Below the pieces are notes generated by a model. The model ran no database searches and had not been told where the DNA came from. It saw only the letters and a program-made list of their open reading frames with translations. DNA of 55,665 nucleotides, counting the filler, from Platydemus manokwari (Eukaryota): the NCBI GenBank assembly GCA_037951405.1. It is 5 parts of 5 records of this genome, joined end to end, with 100 filler letters (N's around TTAATTAATTAA, not from the genome) between each part and the next. Parts side by side here need not be neighbours in the genome. Positions count along the whole stretch, not along the records: positions 46,565 to 55,665 come from JBBMOY011281540.1; 4 more parts are not named here. One strand, given 5' to 3'. The translations under genes and the position numbers were made by a program. Shown piece by piece: positions 49,535 to 55,665 of this stretch (its first letter is position 1; every line of letters begins with the position of its first letter).

Positions 49535-50723
49535 ATGACATTCATCGAAACTGATTTAATTCAAAGACGCGTTCAACGACGTCTTCAGAGATTGACAGGA
49601 AAAGATAGATTCGATTTAACGGATTCGGAAACATTTGGAGAATTGAAGAAGCATTTAAAATTGGAATATCAGGTGAGCTTTTTTGGCAAGTATTTTCGTT
49701 TAGGTAAATAAATACCAACGATTCCCATGGCAACAGTATTTACAGCTTAAGTCCACTGCGTTGCTAATGGATTTTGGATTTTAGTTTGTCAATTAACGTG
49801 TCTATATGTTCAGCAAGAACAATGTATTCGAGAAGAGAAGCTTGTCATCGGTGAACGGCAACGAATGGATAAATTGGCCGAGAAAAATCTCGAAATCAAT
49901 GATTATCTGTTTAATTCCAACCACAACCACACAAAACCGAAAGGAAAGATTTCGAAAACGAAAATATTGAAAACGGAATTCGTTCCAAATCCCATCAGGA
50001 AATCCAACATCGATACGAAGGTTGGAATTGATTTTTCATTGAAAATTGTGTGTGAGAAATTTCCATGGTAATTCTCATGGCTTAGATTTAATTCTTCGAA
50101 TTGCACCTATTTTTGTTTATTTTTATTTTTTCAAAAAATTGATCTTCAGTCATCATTTATAGCGGATTCCAAATTAGTTGATTTTTTAGGAAATCGTTAA
50201 GAATGAAAATCGATAAAATCGTTTAACTTGAAAACCTCTCCAGTCATTTAAGGTTACGATAGAAGTAAAAGATCCCCCATATATATACACGATTTTTATG
50301 ATCTCAATCACTTAATTTATAACATCATATCATAATCCTTAATAGTTCATCCAGACCTTGGAAGTGAAGAATTCTGCCATTATTGACACATCAATTGCAG
50401 AACCGGAATATATTGATGAGAATGTAAATCATTTTCAGCTGTGAACTTAGAATATTTTCTACAATTTGCTTTTAGAATGAGAAAAAACCGAAACATAACA
50501 ATGATAACATGAACAATGAATCTGGGAACGAAATCGTTACGGATGAATGCATTTACCAAATGAAGCGGCCTTTTACGGCTAGAATATTGGAATTACAGAA
50601 AGAAAAGGTGTGTTGATCAATATTGGAATATATTGAAAGATTTTGTGTGTATATTGATTTTATTTCATTTAGGAATTGGCAAAAATCTATGAAATTGCTG
50701 AAAATTTGATGAAAACCAAATGA
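49535..50723 (+). CDS. Five-exon hypothetical protein (~198 aa, charged, likely helical termini)
   Basis: Exons 49535-49672, 49814-50020, 50355-50423, 50476-50607 and 50673-50723. All GT-AG, all phase 0, open throughout (MTFIETDLIQRRVQRRLQRL...ELAKIYEIAENLMKTK*), AATAAA about 35 nt after the stop. Confidence 0.8.
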
Positions 50724-52379
50724 GAAATTCATTCAACCGTAACGATTGATTTGGAAAGAATAAATTCACATTTTTGTTTGATTTCGTTTGAATTTGAATT
50801 ATTTAAATTCTCATGTTTAAAAATAAAACTGTCTTATAATCAATTTGAGATATGCTAATATGATAACTTTGTATTCCACAACTCAGGCAATCATTGGATG
50901 AAATCAAAATCTGATTCGATATAAGAAAATCTATTTATTCTAATTTATCGATTCGAAAACGATATGATTTCTTTGCCATTAATAATCAATCTCTGAACTG
51001 GAACACATCTTAGGCGATTTAAAATCAAATTATTTTAGAATCATAAATTCATATTTTCAATAGAGATGAATCTTTAATGAAAACACTGAAATAAATTGAT
51101 AAATTTTTCATTGGATCTGTACTAGATGAAGTTTGAAAGAAATTGTTTTTCGTAATCTAAATGTTATACAAGGACAAAATAATATACGAGCAACTATTCT
51201 GGTTTATGTTTTGATATTCGGTCGAATTCATTCAACGATATTCAGTTAATCACTCAAGTTTCATGTTTACGACTTAATTTGGCTTTCAGTGAAAATTTAG
51301 AGTAACGACATTCTCGTTTTAGTTGGAACTTTTAAAATCGATATCGAACTTTTAATAAAATCGAAATTTGAAGAAAGAAATCAAAACAATCTCTATGTTG
51401 TTTGTACATGCTTTACCAAGCTACAACAGTGAAAACAAACCGTTCGTTTGTTTAAATACACTCGATAATAATAAAATAATTTTTAAATTTTTAAAGATTT
51501 CATATTTGATGATATCATATGTAAAATAGAATAATGAAGATGAAAACTGACTCCATAGCTGAATTTTGCATAAAACGTGTGTACCAAATATTATTGAAAT
51601 AAAAATGAATTATGAATATTGTACGAATTATGTACATCGATATTGCTCAAAAAATCTATTTTAATACTTTGTATTGATTGTTGAAATTCGTCGAACTACC
51701 ACATCAAAATGTCGATATAAATATTGATATTTGATGCGATTGATTCAGGATAATGATTATGTATAGTTTAGGATCAACTTCACTTTGAAAATCCTATTAC
51801 ATCAGTCGAGTATTTTAACTTTACGATTTCTTTCTATCTACTGAAATTTTTATAAAAACTTGATTTTTTTCAGTGTTTTTCGGTCATTTAATGCTTCAAG
51901 AGATGTTTTAATACTTCATTTGATAGCTCTGTTTTATCCTTAAATAAAGATATCGATGAGTCTTTTTTATTTTCTTTTAAATTCCAAATAACAACGAGTA
52001 CAGCATTAGTTAAGCAAAACAAAAGATTTTAACAATATTTATTTCATCCTTCCACTCTGTGAGCACGAATATAATTCAAAATAATACAAAGATAACATTA
52101 TTGATTTTCAAATAACTATATTTAGTAAGGCATAGATGTGAAAAATGCAAATTCTTATTCTCATAAATCAAACGTAAAAAGAAGCCATTTTGTAAATAAA
52201 GAAAAAAACAAAGATCATATTACATCCCAACTATTTATTTCTGTGTGCCATCGGTGTGCAGAATAAATTCCAAAGAAAATAATAATGAAATAATTTTCAC
52301 GAAATTGTGTGTTTTATACTCAATTTTAGTTTTATCAATTTATAATGTGTTTTAAGTTGGATCAACTATTTAATTAAAT

Positions 52380-52830
52380 CGTGTTCAATCGAAATCATCT
52401 CGGTATTGAGAACCATTTGTAAAGCTCTTTCAAATGATTAGTGAGTAAGAATAACTGTTACAAATAAATTATCTACATTTATTACTGGATTTATAACTCT
52501 AAACAATACTGAGCTCCATACTTTGCTGGTAATCTCACTTCAAAGAATCCTCTAAATTTAAGGAAATTCTGTCTCATCAAAGTAAACTTATTATCACCAA
52601 AGTAATTATAAAAGAAAAATGAATCTTCCTTATCAAATTGTGAATACCAAGCCCTGTTCTATTAAACAAAATTATTAATTCGATATGAACTAAATTTTAA
52701 AATAATTTTTTTAAAAATTACCTTAAACATTACTTAAACCAGAAGTTGGTCTGGCAGTGAAAATACTACAATATACTTGCTATTTATTCATTGAAACCCA
52801 AACACCGACTTCCACAGAATATATCTCTAT
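52380..52830 (-). pseudogene. Possible decayed secreted-protein gene (PAN-like exon plus second exon)
   Basis: Splice-bounded blocks IFCGSRCLGFNE*IAS (CxxxC PAN-like) and NRAWYSQFDKEDSFF..., with multiple stops and frameshifts. Confidence 0.3.
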
Positions 52831-53199
52831 AAAAATTTAATCATGTTTGAAGACAATATTTATTATAACTATTTTCAGCAGTTCTTTATATTCATTTTCC
52901 TATTCCCAATAATTCTCAAGCTAATTACAAGTATTTATTTATAATAATAATTAATTATTTCATTATAATAATCCTATTAATTAGCTTATTTATTATTTGG
53001 TCTTTAATAACTTATTTACCCCCTCCCTCTTCCATTATATTATTTATCAATCTACATAACTCTAACGGTTAGATCAGAATAAATTTTTTTTAGTTAAGAT
53101 ATGTTCTTCTTTTATATACTTTATATTTTTTTAATTTGTAATTTAAATTCGGTTAATTCTGATCGTTTGTTGACAAGAAATTTAGTTCAGATTAACCGG

Positions 53200-53550
53200 A
53201 GTCGAATTAAACGTTCAATGTATGTGCATGAAATTGTAATGCCTTCCATCACATAGATAAAGTTGTACAACATCGGGTTTGAAATAATGTATAGAGCCTT
53301 GGTTTTAATCATGACAACAGTAATGCAACCTAATAAATTCTGTCCAGTAAAATAAGGTTCTGGATTAACAGAATTTTATCTTTTCATCGGTTTTTTGAAC
53401 GGATTTGGTTAAACATGATTTAAGATAAAATTAGATGTTTTATTGTTGCGATGCACATGTGGGATATTTTGTCCAAATTAAAAGAAAGTCCAATTTAAGC
53501 TGATTTAGATTATTCGAAGTTTATTGCATTTCTTTCAATGCCTTCAAGTC
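53200..53550 (-). pseudogene. Possible CAP/SCP (venom-allergen-like) remnant
   Basis: NPEPYFTGQNL (cf. GQNL/GENL) and a downstream C..RHY; heavily disrupted. Confidence 0.25.
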
Positions 53551-54849
53551 TATATTTCAAAAATTTAAAAATATTTTAGTAGTTTAATTTTAAACAATTT
53601 AAAAACTCATTTAAATCATATTTATTAAATGATAGAATTTCCTTCTTTTAGTTTGATTATTATTATGAACTTCAATTTAATTAAGTTCAATTTTTTGAGC
53701 TTTCAACTTTAAACGAGCTGACAAGCCTCCACTATTTTAACGATCCTTATTGCGTATAACATATCAATTGATTTTCTCATTTTTAGGATTGAGTTTTGAG
53801 AATAATAGTAAGATAATTAATTTGTTATAATTGATTGAAAAAAATATAAATTAGTTATTCTAATAATGATTTCATTTATATAATTTCCTGTAAATTTCCA
53901 TTATTTTATAATTAGTTGATTATTATTATTATATTGTTCAATGATATTTCTTGTATTTCATTATTATTGCATTCTTCATTAAGATGGTTTGTTTGCTGTT
54001 TATTAACGAAGTCATTGATAAACAGATGTTGTCTGATTTGTGGTTCATTTAACGCGATAGATTATACGTTTGATATCTGATCACATTAATGAATTATCAG
54101 AGATATTACAGTTTTAACATTAATTTTGAGTTGCTTTAATGAATTATTATGAACATAACATTCTCGGCTAGATTTATGAATTGATTCACGCTTTGATTTT
54201 CAATTGATACTGATAATGAATTTTTTTGATTGAAAATAATTTTTTTTTATTTTATTCATTTAATTTCATTGTTATTCTTATAATAATTATCTCAAAGAAT
54301 TAATAAAAACAGTCCCCTGACTGGTTATTTTAATATTCTAATTAAACCGAGAATATTTCTTGTTTAAAAGATTTATTAATATTTAAAATCAGAAAAATAA
54401 CATCAAACGGCCTGGGTGTTCGTAATTCTCGAGGCTAATTCAAGATTGGTGATGCAATCAATCCATTGAGGAATCCCAATTTTATCATATCTAAATATTT
54501 CATTTTCTTATTTGGATAAAGAACTCGCACTCCTTCATGAAAATTTTCTAGTTCAAACATTCTATTGATAGCTTTAAGTTAGAACCCACTGAAGACATTC
54601 ATTGTATAACAGCACGTTGACTATCAATTTATCACATATGTTTTTAATATTTTGAGGTTAAATTTAAAATTTTTCAAAAAATGGAGGCCATTTTACAATC
54701 TCACTTCTAGAGTAACAAATATTTTATGCTATCAAATATTTTCTCTATCATATTGTTGGGTTATCAAACAATAATTTAGACCTGGAAATTTGTATTGACT
54801 AAAATAATACACTCAAAGTCTCAACCACAACAATAGCAAATCTTTACGC

Positions 54850-55015
54850 AATTCACAAGAAAAACACTCAAGACGGGATCAGCACTCGAAAGTCAAAACA
54901 GGATGAAGAGTAATCAAAAAACTTATTACTAAAATCACACATAAGCTAAGTACTGAAATTACTGTAAGGAATTCATGGAACTCAACCTCTTTTATAGACC
55001 TATTGGGTATGTCTA
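54850..55015 (+). repeat. Dispersed repeat, copy 2 of 33420-33590
   Basis: Direct block-by-block similarity. Confidence 0.85.
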
Positions 55016-55665
55016 CATTAAGCTCTTCATTCTAAGTCAAGTTTTGGTAACTTCTCCAATGACCTTTATGAATACCAAAACGTTGCAATGTTTTTGGGGT
55101 TATTTAAAATTCTAAGGAAATTTTTTTTGAATATATAATTATAATAAGAAAATTACGATAATTTACATAGTAATATTATCAACGGTAATAATTTTCCATA
55201 TAGGTTTAATAATAATAATAAAATTTATACTAATAATTATAATGTTATAGCTCAATTTTTAATACTAATAACTACAATGAGTTTTAAATAAATTTTATAA
55301 TATTAATATTAATAACAAAAAATATTGTTAGTAATGATTTCAATATAAAAACATAATTAATAAGAATTCTAATAATTTATTTTAAAAAATTTATTTCTTT
55401 CAAAAGTTGTTTCAGTAAGTTAATTTATTTATATTTCAGCATTAATTATTTTGTTTTGTAGCCAAAATGCCACAGACTAAGGAATCTAGTAAACATTTTT
55501 ATGTGTTGTTTTCTTTATGTTAAATGATATTATTTCTTCAGCCCAGCACTGCCTCGTCCCGGCTGGACCGGAATTGATCACAACGTCTTCGATTGATGAA
55601 CAATGTACCTTGTTTTTTTATTTGCTTTCTTTTTTATGTTTTTAAGCTTATAAATATTTTAATGT

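Noticed and set aside
55538-55610. GC-rich island as a possible HDV-like ribozyme
   Set aside because: No P1/P3 pseudoknot could be built; it is flanked by splice-like signals and is more likely a decayed exon.

Overview
AT-rich eukaryotic genomic DNA with very short (44-52 nt) GT-AG introns. The style suggests a freshwater flatworm such as a planarian; this is an inference. Several contigs are joined by artificial N/TTAATTAATTAA/N linkers. Intact host genes: an intronless CYP2-clan cytochrome P450, an RBM4/Lark-type RRM + RS protein (6 coding exons), a TNFAIP8/TIPE family gene, eIF2-alpha (4 exons) and a 5-exon orphan gene. The rest is pseudogenes and decayed mobile DNA: a Gypsy-type gag remnant, an integrase remnant, an R2/NeSL-type LINE RT, a Maverick/Polinton-type pPolB and short dispersed repeats. 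The main find is absent from the ORF track. Manual translation of the minus strand at ~12059-15279 gives a heavily mutated but colinear Mononegavirales (rhabdovirus-like) L polymerase with motifs A-D, interrupted by a ~0.7 kb insertion. Two decayed intronless ORFs (P-like and M-like) precede it in the same orientation, so this is a probable multi-gene endogenous negative-strand RNA virus fossil with unusual catalytic motifs (DFQKFD, FQDNE). All homology calls are by-eye alignments to remembered family sequences; no database search was run.
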